Below are positions 45,027 through 54,533 of a stretch of 64,000 bases of DNA, one piece after another. Location: positions 1 to 64,000 of the IMG/VR virus record IMGVR_UViG_3300038428_000280; one strand, written 5' to 3'. The translations under genes and the position numbers were made by a program. Positions within the stretch are counted from its first letter, which is position 1. The number at the start of each line of letters is the position of its first letter. This DNA is from a virus. The notes under the pieces are model-generated. The model made no database searches. It was not told where the DNA came from and saw nothing but the letters and a program-made list of their open reading frames with translations.

Positions 45027-45824
45027 CTATCCGAAAAACGGATTTTCTTTTCTTTTATAAGAATCAACATTTTTTTTATTAATGTTGACTACACCCAAAT
45101 TAATTTTTGGAAATTCTTTAATGGTTTCATAACCGCCATCAACTTGTTTTTTCCATTCCAAATCTTTTTCTTTTGGATAGTCTATTGTCCATTTAACCGT
45201 TGATTTGTCAAGCATTTTCCTAGCCACCTTCGACAACGGCATAATGTACCTGAATTGTTTTCCCCTTATTCTAACGATGCCTTTCGTTTTCATAAAATCA
45301 CGGGTCAACCAAAATATTTTTTCCTTATTACAAAACTTAGCGTTTTCAACACAAAGGTTGTGTGCGGTTCTTGGATGAATCTTTTCACCATCAGGGCCAA
45401 TATAAATGTCTGTCCATATAAAGCCACCATATAAAAAATTGGCAGACTGATAAACATAACCACATTTTCCCACAATGCCATCTGCCCAAGTATATAAAAA
45501 CAATCTTTCCGGCAAATTTATTTTCATCCATTTGACTACTGCTGATAGCATTTGTGACTCGGAATTTTTTGGCATTTCAGGAAGCATACACATTTTGCCA
45601 ATTTCATAATAGTCCTTGGTGGTAAGTGCAGGAAAAAGTTTTCGAATGGTCGCAAGGGGTTGTGTTCCCCAACCAAGAGTCAGAACGCCAACCATTTTAT
45701 CTCCAATGAATACACCAAGATAATGTTTGGTAAGTCGGGGCATTACTTTTGAGTAATGATGTTCTTGAACTAATTCGGCTGCGGTGTATTTGTTTACTTT
45801 CTTGATTTTGAAATCAAATTTCAT
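45027..45824 (-). CDS. Mom-like (GNAT) adenine modification enzyme
   Basis: HHYS, EIGKMC..PKNSESQ and YTWAD..GKCGYVYQSANFLY.G motifs. Confidence 0.8.
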   Translation of the reverse strand: MKFDFKIKKVNKYTAAELVQEHHYSKVMPRLTKHYLGVFIGDKMVGVLTLGWGTQPLATIRKLFPALTTKDYYEIGKMCMLPEMPKNSESQMLSAVVKWMKINLPERLFLYTWADGIVGKCGYVYQSANFLYGGFIWTDIYIGPDGEKIHPRTAHNLCVENAKFCNKEKIFWLTRDFMKTKGIVRIRGKQFRYIMPLSKVARKMLDKSTVKWTIDYPKEKDLEWKKQVDGGYETIKEFPKINLGVVNINKKNVDSYKRKENPFFG

Positions 45825-45829
45825 GAAAA

Positions 45830-46072
45830 TTATTCGGCATCATAAAATCTATCACCATTAACATCTGTTATTGGTTTAACATCAGTTGGTAAAGATTCGT
45901 CCCACTCAAACTTTGGATGAAAGTCGCCATCACCATCTGCATATATTGTCACTTTGCGGGATGCTCCAATTCTGCCAAGATATGCCATGTATTTTAACAT
46001 AGCTAAAAAATGAGGAACCCACCTATCTTTCATGGTACATTTAATTGTAAAGGTTTTATCGGTGTCTTTCAT
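45830..46072 (-). CDS. Hypothetical protein
   Basis: RWVPHFLAMLKYM..G..GASR..ADGDGDF. Confidence 0.65.
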   Translation of the reverse strand: MKDTDKTFTIKCTMKDRWVPHFLAMLKYMAYLGRIGASRKVTIYADGDGDFHPKFEWDESLPTDVKPITDVNGDRFYDAE

Positions 46073-46359
46073 AATTTTTCTATCTTTTCAATAAATCGTT
46101 TATCACAAGACTCCCAAGATAAGTCACAATTTTGAATATCTTGTTTAAGAATAGTTAATACTCTTGATTTACAAAGTTGGAAAGCTATGGTATATCCGTT
46201 TTTAAGACCTAAAGAATAACCACTACTAAAAGCATTACTAACATTTTTCTCTTTTTTTAGATTGTCTTCATATTCACGCATTTCTGCTTCCGTGCATTTG
46301 CATACATCATAATGGTCCCAACAACGGGGACAGTGGCTATATGGTGTTCCTATAGACAT
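46069..46359 (-). CDS. Hypothetical protein
   Basis: CPRC..CKC motifs. Confidence 0.55.
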   Translation of the reverse strand: MSIGTPYSHCPRCWDHYDVCKCTEAEMREYEDNLKKEKNVSNAFSSGYSLGLKNGYTIAFQLCKSRVLTILKQDIQNCDLSWESCDKRFIEKIEKL

Positions 46360-46361
46360 AC

Positions 46362-46550
46362 TTACAATTTTTCAATTTTCGTGCTTTCACATTTTATATG
46401 GTTATAATAAAAATCGTTACCACAATAAAAGCATTGTATATTTTTAAAACTACTTACATTAGTAACAATATTTTCAATTTGTGTTGCGCCACACCAAGGG
46501 CATTCAACTTTTATCTTTTCCCATTTATTTTTAAATACAGCAACACTCAT
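46362..46550 (-). CDS. Zinc-ribbon protein
   Basis: CPWCG and CFYCG motifs. Confidence 0.6.
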   Translation of the reverse strand: MSVAVFKNKWEKIKVECPWCGATQIENIVTNVSSFKNIQCFYCGNDFYYNHIKCESTKIEKL

Positions 46551-46735
46551 TTTAATGTTTTTCCAATACTTGGATGGCTCTGAACTTCACTTGTAACAAG
46601 ATTGCGAACTTTTGAATTGATTCGTTCAAAAAATTCCTTACCCACACGGGTAAAACGTCCTGCTCGGTTGGCTTTAGCATAGTCCAAAGCAAGTTTTTTA
46701 ATAGCGGCTCGGTTGATGTACGGGGTTGTATTCAT
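46547..46735 (-). CDS. Putative minimal histone-fold protein
   Basis: INRAAIKKLA...RVGKEFFERINSKVRNLV...GKTLK matches a helix1 / RV / long helix2 / KT pattern. Confidence 0.55.
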   Translation of the reverse strand: MNTTPYINRAAIKKLALDYAKANRAGRFTRVGKEFFERINSKVRNLVTSEVQSHPSIGKTLK

Positions 46736-46743
46736 AATCGGTC

Positions 46744-46772
46744 ATTCTATCATAACCACCTATTTTAGTCAA
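46744..46772 (-). promoter_or_regulatory. sigma70-type promoter
   Basis: TTGACT-17nt-TAGAAT; ATG 8 nt downstream. Confidence 0.65.
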
Positions 46773-46791
46773 ATATTATTCGGTATTCATT

Positions 46792-46992
46792 TTAATTCTT
46801 GTTTATAAAAACTACACGGCATTCATCATTATGAATGACATACGTTCCCACTATCTTACCATCAGCGGGAAGTTCTTTCAGAGGAGTTTCTATATGTAAA
46901 ATAAACCATCCCTTAACTGAATTGTTGTCAGAGAATCTCTCTAATAAACAATAGGTATTATCTTCTTGTTCGGATTTTAAATATTCTTTCAT
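46792..46992 (-). CDS. Hypothetical protein
   Basis: ATGA overlap with the polB stop. Confidence 0.55.
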   Translation of the reverse strand: MKEYLKSEQEDNTYCLLERFSDNNSVKGWFILHIETPLKELPADGKIVGTYVIHNDECRVVFINKN

Positions 46993-49607
46993 GCTCCAAA
47001 ATCAAAAAACTGACTTGCTGTTTTCATCGCTGGATTTGGAAATGTCCACTTGAACACATCATAAATTCCATCGTTTTTGCCGTTTGCAAATTTTGATTTT
47101 AATTCTTGCTCGAACATCTTTTTTCTGTCCACCAACTGATTTACAAGGTCTATTATTTCATCAGGGTCGTTTCCATCACCTTTTAATGCCAAAGCATCAA
47201 GACCGTATTGGTTGGTTTGTAAATATACCCATTTGATTTTTTGGCCGTGATGAATGGGTTCAAAATCTCTTTCCAATCCCAATTTAATCAACAAATCATT
47301 ATACGCTAACGCGGCTTTGGCTTGAGCGGGAGTGGCCAATTCAAAATGAAATGGCAACCGACTGTCGGGGTTATAATTTTTGGTTCCGTCCTGACTTATA
47401 AATTTTACGGAAGTGTTCTTTGCTATATCAAGAACATCAAAAGTCTTCATATCTTCCCTAAATTTGAGAATCATGTCATCCAATTCTTTTTTGGGAACAT
47501 CGGTCAATAATTTTCTCAAAAAAGAATCCATAAACTTGCGAAATGAAGCTGGAAATGATGAACGCACCACGTCAATGCCCTTTACTTCCAACCTTGGTTG
47601 TTTCAATAAGGCACCTTCTTCATGAATAATCCACTGTGCATATCGTTTCTTAGCCAGCCAAAACGACGATTTACTGATAACTTCCTGTTTAGCATCAAAC
47701 GTGTGTTTATTCAAATTGAAAAAACGTTTAGCCATGACGTTATAGAACTGATTCACATAGCTCTGAACTTCGGTGGTGACGCTCATGATGGCTTTTGTCA
47801 TGTCATCCTCATTATTCAAATCTATGTTTGGAAATCTCTTCTTGATAATGGGAATTGAATCAACAAAACACGAATCGGTATCACTATAAATCACCCAATC
47901 ACCATCTTCAGCGGTGTCCAAAGCTTGTTTGTAATAAACATTTATTGCTTTTGCGGTAGTCTTGATGATATCCACACCGGTTGTAGTGACCGCTTCAGCA
48001 TTATCCACATCATAGAAACGAAACACAGGCAATCCCAAAACTCCATAAAATGAATTAAGCAAGATTTTCCAAACCGCTTGTCGTTGATTGTAGAAATTAT
48101 ATTGCTCCATGTCACCTGCCTTTTTGAATTCGGCAGCCTTCTTTCTCATGTCTTTGCGTTGTTTAAACCACAAATCCAACAATATTGGTATCACACCCCT
48201 TTTATCCTGCCTATAAAGCACCCCATTGGAAGATAACGAATAATTACATTTTTCAATCCATTCTCCAAATTCTTGTGGTGTATAATCAGCCTGACCCACC
48301 CGATAATTTGTCAATTCACCCTTTACGTGGGATTCAACCGAATAATTTTCCAGCTTACCCACCTTTGTTTCAGGTGATATATTCAAAGAAATGATGATAT
48401 TGGGATACATGGAAGTTAAATCAAGGTCAAAGACCCAATTATACCTTCCCGGCACGGGTTCTTTTACAAAAGCACCCGAAAAGCCTTCTTCTCCTTCTTC
48501 CAATCTGTCTTCATAATCCTGTCTTCCCTGTGAAGGTTTGTTTGGCGCAATCAAACCACCATTGCGTTTCAAATAAATCAGTGTGGCGCCATCGAGATAT
48601 CTTGATGACATATGAAAGTTATCGTAAGGAACATGGCCGACATGGCAAATGTTTCTAGCCAAATCAATAAATTTAAGTTTTCTGTCCAACGCTACAACAA
48701 TTTTAACGTCGGTCATGTTATATTCCAAAAACTTATTGATGTCTGCTTTATACAGGTCATTTAAATTACCGTGATACTGAATTTTACCTATACCTACCGT
48801 CTTTTGACCTATCGGACCAAGAGCATAAGTGGGTTCCATTTTTCCTGAGAATTTTTTGTATAACAAAATGTAATCAAGAACGGATATGCCACCCACGGTT
48901 AATTTTTTACTAAAACCGTTTACGTAGGCTGCACCGATGGGTGACAAGCACTTGGCCGCTTTTGCACCAAGACAATTTTTCAAACGAAGATAAAGATAAG
49001 GCATGTCAAAATAATCAACATTCCAACCTGTAACGATTGTGAACGCACACTCTTGCCATTTATCCATGAAACTTATCAAAAGATTGTCTTCATCGTCAAA
49101 CGACCTTGTAACAATTTTTACCTTCTGTCTTTCTTCATCAGTGGTAATCTTCCAATCCTTTGGCAACCAAGGTTCAACTTCCTCTTCCTTGGAATCTATT
49201 TTATGGTCTTTATCAAGAATAAACACATAACAGGTCTTGGTCAAATAATCAAATAATGAAATGCCTGTAATTTCCTTGTTGGCCGTTTCCATGTTGGGAA
49301 ACCCACCTTCGGTGGACACTTCAATATCAATAACTCCGACCTTATGTCCTTTGGATGGTTCGTCCGAATCCACATAGGTATCCATAAGAACTCTCGTTTC
49401 GGCTGGAACATCGGATTCAAACAATTCGGGGTCATTATCATTATAGTTGAATACTTTTACAAGTTCGTCGCCGTAAAGTGAACGTTCCGGTCCACCTACC
49501 TTTTTCTTGTATGCATATTTTGGATAATCAAATGAGGTATAACCTTTTTCGTCATCCCAAAGATGAACAACCCAATCCTTTTTATTTATGTATATATTCT
49601 GGTAAAT
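46989..49607 (-). CDS. Family B DNA polymerase (probable ATT start)
   Basis: Exonuclease DIEV, GWNVDYFD, YNMTDV; polymerase DLTSMYP, KILLNSFYG, YSDTDS, KKRYA. The frame is open for 61 more codons upstream of the track start (IYQNIY..HLWDD). Confidence 0.95.
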   Translation of the reverse strand: MYQNIYINKKDWVVHLWDDEKGYTSFDYPKYAYKKKVGGPERSLYGDELVKVFNYNDNDPELFESDVPAETRVLMDTYVDSDEPSKGHKVGVIDIEVSTEGGFPNMETANKEITGISLFDYLTKTCYVFILDKDHKIDSKEEEVEPWLPKDWKITTDEERQKVKIVTRSFDDEDNLLISFMDKWQECAFTIVTGWNVDYFDMPYLYLRLKNCLGAKAAKCLSPIGAAYVNGFSKKLTVGGISVLDYILLYKKFSGKMEPTYALGPIGQKTVGIGKIQYHGNLNDLYKADINKFLEYNMTDVKIVVALDRKLKFIDLARNICHVGHVPYDNFHMSSRYLDGATLIYLKRNGGLIAPNKPSQGRQDYEDRLEEGEEGFSGAFVKEPVPGRYNWVFDLDLTSMYPNIIISLNISPETKVGKLENYSVESHVKGELTNYRVGQADYTPQEFGEWIEKCNYSLSSNGVLYRQDKRGVIPILLDLWFKQRKDMRKKAAEFKKAGDMEQYNFYNQRQAVWKILLNSFYGVLGLPVFRFYDVDNAEAVTTTGVDIIKTTAKAINVYYKQALDTAEDGDWVIYSDTDSCFVDSIPIIKKRFPNIDLNNEDDMTKAIMSVTTEVQSYVNQFYNVMAKRFFNLNKHTFDAKQEVISKSSFWLAKKRYAQWIIHEEGALLKQPRLEVKGIDVVRSSFPASFRKFMDSFLRKLLTDVPKKELDDMILKFREDMKTFDVLDIAKNTSVKFISQDGTKNYNPDSRLPFHFELATPAQAKAALAYNDLLIKLGLERDFEPIHHGQKIKWVYLQTNQYGLDALALKGDGNDPDEIIDLVNQLVDRKKMFEQELKSKFANGKNDGIYDVFKWTFPNPAMKTASQFFDFGA

Positions 49608-49677
49608 AAAATCCCATCCTTCTTTCTTTTCTTGTGTTTCTTGTTTTTCTTTTTATCAACCACCAATATTCTTTTTT

Positions 49678-49992
49678 TCATAATTCATTCAAATATTTTA
49701 CAACTTCTTCGCCCAATTCTGCTAAATCTTTTCCTTCGTGAAAATATTCATCAAACAAAATAACAAAACCCTGTTCATTGAATTGTTTATATGATGGTAA
49801 ATCAACATGTGCTGAATTGTCATGAAAATCATCTTCATCACCTAATTCAAAATATACACTTCCGTTTTTTCTGAATTGACAGATAAATTGCCACTGTCCC
49901 AATTCTTGTTTTTTTGGAAATTTCCAAACAAATTCAATATATTCAGAATGAAAACTCTGATTGGATAAAAATTGGTTTTGAGGTATGTTCAT
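49678..49992 (-). CDS. Hypothetical protein
   Basis: Operon-packed ORF; start uncertain. Confidence 0.55.
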   Translation of the reverse strand: MNIPQNQFLSNQSFHSEYIEFVWKFPKKQELGQWQFICQFRKNGSVYFELGDEDDFHDNSAHVDLPSYKQFNEQGFVILFDEYFHEGKDLAELGEEVVKYLNEL

Positions 49993-50242
49993 AATCTTTT
50001 GCCTCTTCGGTTGCGGTTTTATTTAATTTGGTCATCAAATTTTTGAATACAACTTGTCCTTCGGGCGTCAATTTTGATTCATGTTTGGAAAGTTTCTGTA
50101 AAAGAACCTCATGCTTGAACCACAAAAGTTCTTTGAAACCTATATCTGTTTTTGGATTGGTCAATGGTTCCATTACATTGACCACATAAAGAAGAAGTTG
50201 AAGCTCTTCCTGCGTTAATGATTGAAGTTGACTAATTCTCAT
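49943..50242 (-). CDS. Hypothetical protein
   Basis: ATG 8 nt after TTGACT-16-TATAAT (50251-50278). Confidence 0.6.
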   Translation of the reverse strand: MRISQLQSLTQEELQLLLYVVNVMEPLTNPKTDIGFKELLWFKHEVLLQKLSKHESKLTPEGQVVFKNLMTKLNKTATEEAKDYEHTSKPIFIQSEFSF

Positions 50243-50250
50243 CGTCAATG

Positions 50251-50347
50251 ATTATACTCCGCCGCAAAAAGAAGTCAATTTATAATATTCGTGTCATTTT
50301 CTTTGGTTCTATAAATATTTGACAGATTATGCAAACACTGATAAAGT
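50251..50347. promoter_or_regulatory. Divergent sigma70 promoters at a strand switch
   Basis: Minus TTGACT-16-TATAAT (50278-50251); plus TTGACA-17-TAAAGT (50319-50347). Confidence 0.65.
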
Positions 50348-50353
50348 AAATTA

Positions 50354-51262
50354 ATGGAAAAAAATTTAACACCAACCAATGGCAAAAAACGGGTCAGTTT
50401 TTCCCAATTCTCCAATTGGTTTAATTGCCGACATAGATGGTATCTTGACCATGTAAAAGGACTACGCGAATTTGAGGATAATGTCAATACATGTTTTGGT
50501 ACAGCCATGCACGAAGCCGTTCAACTTTATATTGAGACTTTGTATAAAAAATCTGCAAAAGAAGCTGACACGCATAACCTTTATGAAGTATTCAAAACTG
50601 CTTTTGATAGAGAATTAAAAAACACAAAGGTTGTGGTTGAACCAAAAGACTACAAGGACTATTGTGACGATGGTGACAACATTATTGTTGCATTCACCAA
50701 TGTAACCAATCGTATCAAGCATTTTCCATCAGGCAAATATGAATTCATTTCCATTGAAGATGAAATCATCATGCCCATCAAAAACGATGTGGAATTTGTT
50801 TGTTACCTTGATGTGGTATTGAGAGAAAAGGCAACAGGCAGATACAAAATCATTGATATCAAAACGTCCACCAGCGGCTGGAATCACTATCAAAGGGATG
50901 ATGAAGCTAAAATCTCTCAAATTCTTCTCTATAAAGCATTTTTTAGTAGAAAATACAATGTTGATATTGACATGATTGACGTTGAATTTTTCATTTTAAG
51001 AAGAAAACTTTGGGAAAATTATGCTTATCCTCAAAGTCGAATTCAGACCTTCGTTCCAAAGAATAATCAGCGAGCGGTAGCGGGAGCCCTGAATAACTTC
51101 TCCGAATTTGTTACGGAATGTTTCACACCCAATGGCAAGTTTGTAGAAGATGCCAAAATTTATCTTAAAAATCCCGGTAAAGGAAAGAAAAATTGTCGTT
51201 ATTGCCCACACAAAGGCAAAAATTGTGATGCGGTTTCAGATATTCCAAAAGATGAGTTATGA
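50354..51262 (+). CDS. PD-(D/E)xK / Cas4-like exonuclease
   Basis: SFSQF...C, FGTAMHE, YLDVV..IIDIKTS, Q.LLY and C..CP...C motifs. Confidence 0.87.
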   Translation: MEKNLTPTNGKKRVSFSQFSNWFNCRHRWYLDHVKGLREFEDNVNTCFGTAMHEAVQLYIETLYKKSAKEADTHNLYEVFKTAFDRELKNTKVVVEPKDYKDYCDDGDNIIVAFTNVTNRIKHFPSGKYEFISIEDEIIMPIKNDVEFVCYLDVVLREKATGRYKIIDIKTSTSGWNHYQRDDEAKISQILLYKAFFSRKYNVDIDMIDVEFFILRRKLWENYAYPQSRIQTFVPKNNQRAVAGALNNFSEFVTECFTPNGKFVEDAKIYLKNPGKGKKNCRYCPHKGKNCDAVSDIPKDEL

Positions 51263-51498
51263 AATTTGAAACAAAATATGATGTAAATGAAATCCTTTGG
51301 CATATGCGTGATGGTAAAATCATACCAATGAAAATTACTGACATACAAATTCATTTTGACCCCGATTCAAAATACGAAAAACTGTCTATTCTTTATGGAA
51401 CAGACGATTATTGCGCTATTTATGAATCACAAGAAGGAAAAACGTGGTGGAAAACCCGCGAACAACTTGTAAATTATATTTTGAATCCACCATCTTAA
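51259..51498 (+). CDS. Hypothetical protein
   Basis: MKFETKYDV..W; ATGA overlap. Confidence 0.6.
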   Translation: MKFETKYDVNEILWHMRDGKIIPMKITDIQIHFDPDSKYEKLSILYGTDDYCAIYESQEGKTWWKTREQLVNYILNPPS

Positions 51499-51535
51499 TA
51501 TAAATAACATTTTTCTCAATCTACTTCATATATAA

Positions 51536-51557
51536 ACATGTAAACACTTTTACATGT
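51536..51557. promoter_or_regulatory. Palindromic operator-like site
   Basis: ACATGTAAA-CACT-TTTACATGT, 4 nt before the RHH-like gene. Confidence 0.55.
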
Positions 51558-51561
51558 ATAT

Positions 51562-51777
51562 ATGAAAACAAAAACAGCTACTACGGTAAAGATTGAAAAA
51601 AGCCTTTATGATAATTTTAAGATATTAGGCATTCAAAACAATCTTACTCTTCAAACATTCGTTGAAAAGTGCGTCAACCTTTATGTTGGTGACACTTCTT
51701 CTAGTTCCTCATTCAGAACTCTTGTGAACAATTTCGTTGTCCCTGTTCTAAGCGAAACCGGTTCATTCGGTTCTTAA
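51562..51777 (+). CDS. Ribbon-helix-helix-like DNA-binding protein
   Basis: TTVKIEKSLYDNFK..LTLQTFVEKCVNLY beta-alpha-alpha pattern. Confidence 0.65.
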   Translation: MKTKTATTVKIEKSLYDNFKILGIQNNLTLQTFVEKCVNLYVGDTSSSSSFRTLVNNFVVPVLSETGSFGS

Positions 51778-51790
51778 CTTCTGTTGTTCT

Positions 51791-52309
51791 ATGAAAAGCA
51801 AGAAACATAAAACCACACCTGAATCTCATATTAAAAGACAGTACCACTATAAAGTGGGTACAAAAAGAAAAACTATTAATATGACCGTCTCTAAAAAAGA
51901 TAAATTTACAGCATATGAACCCAAAACAGAAAATCGATTTATCGCTTCTATCAAAAATAAAAAAGGTGAAATCGTAATTCCTTCTTATGTTATCAATGCA
52001 ATAGATAGACCAAAACTTAGTATAAATTCTATTGGGGAAGTTGAATACGGTGCCCTTAGTATAATGTGTTATGACCCAATTGACCCAAGTACGACACATG
52101 CTATAATGAAGGCTATCACAACAAAAAACACTACATGGGATATAACTCTGAAAATTCTTGGACCAGTTGGAAATGTCGTAGAAGAATGGGAAATATCTGA
52201 TGCATCATTGGATGACGTTGATTGTAGTAATTTTGATTGGCAAAACACCGGAGACCCAGCCTATGTTCACTTGATAGTCAAACCGAAGAAAATTGTTTTA
52301 AAAAATTAA
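51791..52309 (+). CDS. Tail tube (T4 gp19-like) paralog
   Basis: YEPKTENRF, RP, YDPIDPS, LGPVGNVVEEW and FDW motifs; start probably ATG 51881. Confidence 0.7.
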   Translation: MKSKKHKTTPESHIKRQYHYKVGTKRKTINMTVSKKDKFTAYEPKTENRFIASIKNKKGEIVIPSYVINAIDRPKLSINSIGEVEYGALSIMCYDPIDPSTTHAIMKAITTKNTTWDITLKILGPVGNVVEEWEISDASLDDVDCSNFDWQNTGDPAYVHLIVKPKKIVLKN

Positions 52310-52312
52310 GTT

Positions 52313-53815
52313 ATGGATACTACAGCAATTAACAAAAAACCAAAAGGTTTATTACTATCAGACGACTTAAGAATGCATTCAGGAGTCGCTACAATGAGTA
52401 GAGAACTCGTTTTGGGAACAGTCAAGGCTTATGATTGGGTTCAGATTGCCGGTGCAATTCAACATCCTGAAAAAGGCAAAGTAATCAACATGGATGCGGC
52501 TACTGCGCAAATGACAGGCGTTAAAGACGCACACGTTACAATTTATCCTGTTGATGGTTATGGGAATGAGGAACTTTTGTTTGCTATTATGGATAGAGAA
52601 AAACCCGATTTCATTATGCATTTCACAGATCCAAGATTTTGGGGGTGGTTATATTCCCTAGAAAGGCAAATCAGGTCCAAAATACCACTCACATATTACA
52701 ACATTTGGGACGATGTACCATATCCGATGTATAACAGGCCATATTATGAATCCTGTGATTTATTGATGTCAATCAGCAAACAAACCTATAATATAAACAA
52801 ATGGGTATTGGGTCCTGATAAAATTTCCACCATAGATTCTCCAAATACCGATGGAAGAGCCGTATTGCATTACGTTCCGCATGGAATTAATAAGACCATT
52901 TTTTATCCCATTCCCGACGACGATGCCAATTTAAAGAAAAGAAAAAAAGAAATTTTCAACAACAAGAATTATGATTTTGTAATCTTTTACAATTCACGCA
53001 ATGTTCAGAGAAAAAGAACCAGCAATATTATGTTGGCCTACAAAGCCCTTTGTGACAATCTCACACCTGAGGAAGCGGCAAAATGTGTATTGGTATTACA
53101 CACCGAAGTCCGTCAGGATGCTGGAACAGATTTGATTGCAGTCAAGGAAGCGTTTTGTCCAAATTATGACGTTATCTTTTCCACATCAAAATATTCACCA
53201 CAAGATATGAACCTGTTGTATAACATGGCTGACGTTACCATTAACATATCATCCAATGAAGGATTTGGTCTTTCAACGGCTGAATCACTCATGAGTGGGA
53301 CGCCCATTATCGTAGCGGTGACGGGTGGCTTGCAGGATCAAATTGGGCAAACAAAGGACGATGGTTCGCCCATTGAATTTGATTTAAACTTCGGGTCAAA
53401 TAATGTAGGAAAGTATAAGAAGCATGGTGTTTGGGCGTATCCTGTTTATCCGCCAGTACAATGTATCCAAGGTTCCATACCAACGCCATATATTTTTGAT
53501 GATATGACACGTTGGGAAGATGCAGCCGAAGGCTTGATGTATTGGTATCTAGCCGGTCCTAAAAAAAGAGAATGGTGTGGTCAGCAAGGAAGAGAATGGG
53601 CATTGAAGGAAGGAGGTATCAATGCTGAAAACATGTGCGACCAATTTATCAAATGTATGAACTATACATTGGATAATTTTAAACCAGTAAAACCTTTCAG
53701 TATTTTCACCGAAAAGGATTATGTGGGCAACTTGATGCCGGGTGGTATGGGGTTTGAAATTCCAAAATTTGATAAAGATAAAATCAAACAAGAAATAGAA
53801 AAGATAAATATATGA
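52313..53815 (+). CDS. GT4-family glycosyltransferase
   Basis: LLSDDLRMHSGV, YVPHG, RNVQRK and SSNEGFGLSTAE motifs. Confidence 0.88.
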   Translation: MDTTAINKKPKGLLLSDDLRMHSGVATMSRELVLGTVKAYDWVQIAGAIQHPEKGKVINMDAATAQMTGVKDAHVTIYPVDGYGNEELLFAIMDREKPDFIMHFTDPRFWGWLYSLERQIRSKIPLTYYNIWDDVPYPMYNRPYYESCDLLMSISKQTYNINKWVLGPDKISTIDSPNTDGRAVLHYVPHGINKTIFYPIPDDDANLKKRKKEIFNNKNYDFVIFYNSRNVQRKRTSNIMLAYKALCDNLTPEEAAKCVLVLHTEVRQDAGTDLIAVKEAFCPNYDVIFSTSKYSPQDMNLLYNMADVTINISSNEGFGLSTAESLMSGTPIIVAVTGGLQDQIGQTKDDGSPIEFDLNFGSNNVGKYKKHGVWAYPVYPPVQCIQGSIPTPYIFDDMTRWEDAAEGLMYWYLAGPKKREWCGQQGREWALKEGGINAENMCDQFIKCMNYTLDNFKPVKPFSIFTEKDYVGNLMPGGMGFEIPKFDKDKIKQEIEKINI

Positions 53816-54012
53816 AAAAATCAAAATCAAAATCTATTTTGTTTATAGGTCTTGACAGCACTCGCTTCAAAAAAGAAGAAGATTATAAAAAATATGCTGA
53901 TAAGATTAATGAACAGTTTAGAGAAGGTACGGGAATTATCGACGAAAAATTACCTATTGTAGTTTATGATAAGTCATCCACAAGTATAGACCTTTTAGAA
54001 ATAAAATTATGA
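53812..54012 (+). CDS. Hypothetical protein
   Basis: ATGA overlaps at both ends. Confidence 0.55.
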   Translation: MKKSKSKSILFIGLDSTRFKKEEDYKKYADKINEQFREGTGIIDEKLPIVVYDKSSTSIDLLEIKL

Positions 54013-54494
54013 ACGAAAAAGAGCGAAAAGTAATGGCAGCTTGCATAACCGAAGCAAAAAATCAAAGAACCGAAGCATTAAAAAATGCTAAAGCAGCATT
54101 AGAAGAAGCATTTCCTGAACACAGTGCAACAATAAGTCAAAAGATAGAGGAAGATGGCGTCACCAAGAAAGACTTGGATGAAATGATTGATGAATTGGAA
54201 TCAGGTATTGCCACCACTACATCTACTACATCCACTGATGAAGAAGCAGAAACTAAAAAGCCATCGTTCTTTCAAAATTTATCTAGTTCTCTTCATCGAG
54301 GAAAAATTAATGAAAGAAACAACTTTAAAAATCGATTTAGACTATTGGCAGGAATAAATACCAGCCCGGCAGTAGCAAGATTGACGATAAAAGAAGGAGT
54401 GGTTGTTGATTTAACTGAAATACCAAAGTGGTATGATATTATTAGATATAAATTATGTGGATTTAAATATGAAGTGTTGGTAGAACAACTATAA
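54009..54494 (+). CDS. Hypothetical protein
   Basis: 161 aa; INE..RFRLLAGI motif. Confidence 0.6.
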   Translation: MNEKERKVMAACITEAKNQRTEALKNAKAALEEAFPEHSATISQKIEEDGVTKKDLDEMIDELESGIATTTSTTSTDEEAETKKPSFFQNLSSSLHRGKINERNNFKNRFRLLAGINTSPAVARLTIKEGVVVDLTEIPKWYDIIRYKLCGFKYEVLVEQL

Positions 54495-54533
54495 TAAGTT
54501 GAATAATCTAATGGTTACGATATAATAGGTTAC

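Noticed and set aside
46989-49607. Intein or intron in polB or the clamp loader
   Set aside because: Motif spacing is normal, and there are no intein termini or frame breaks.
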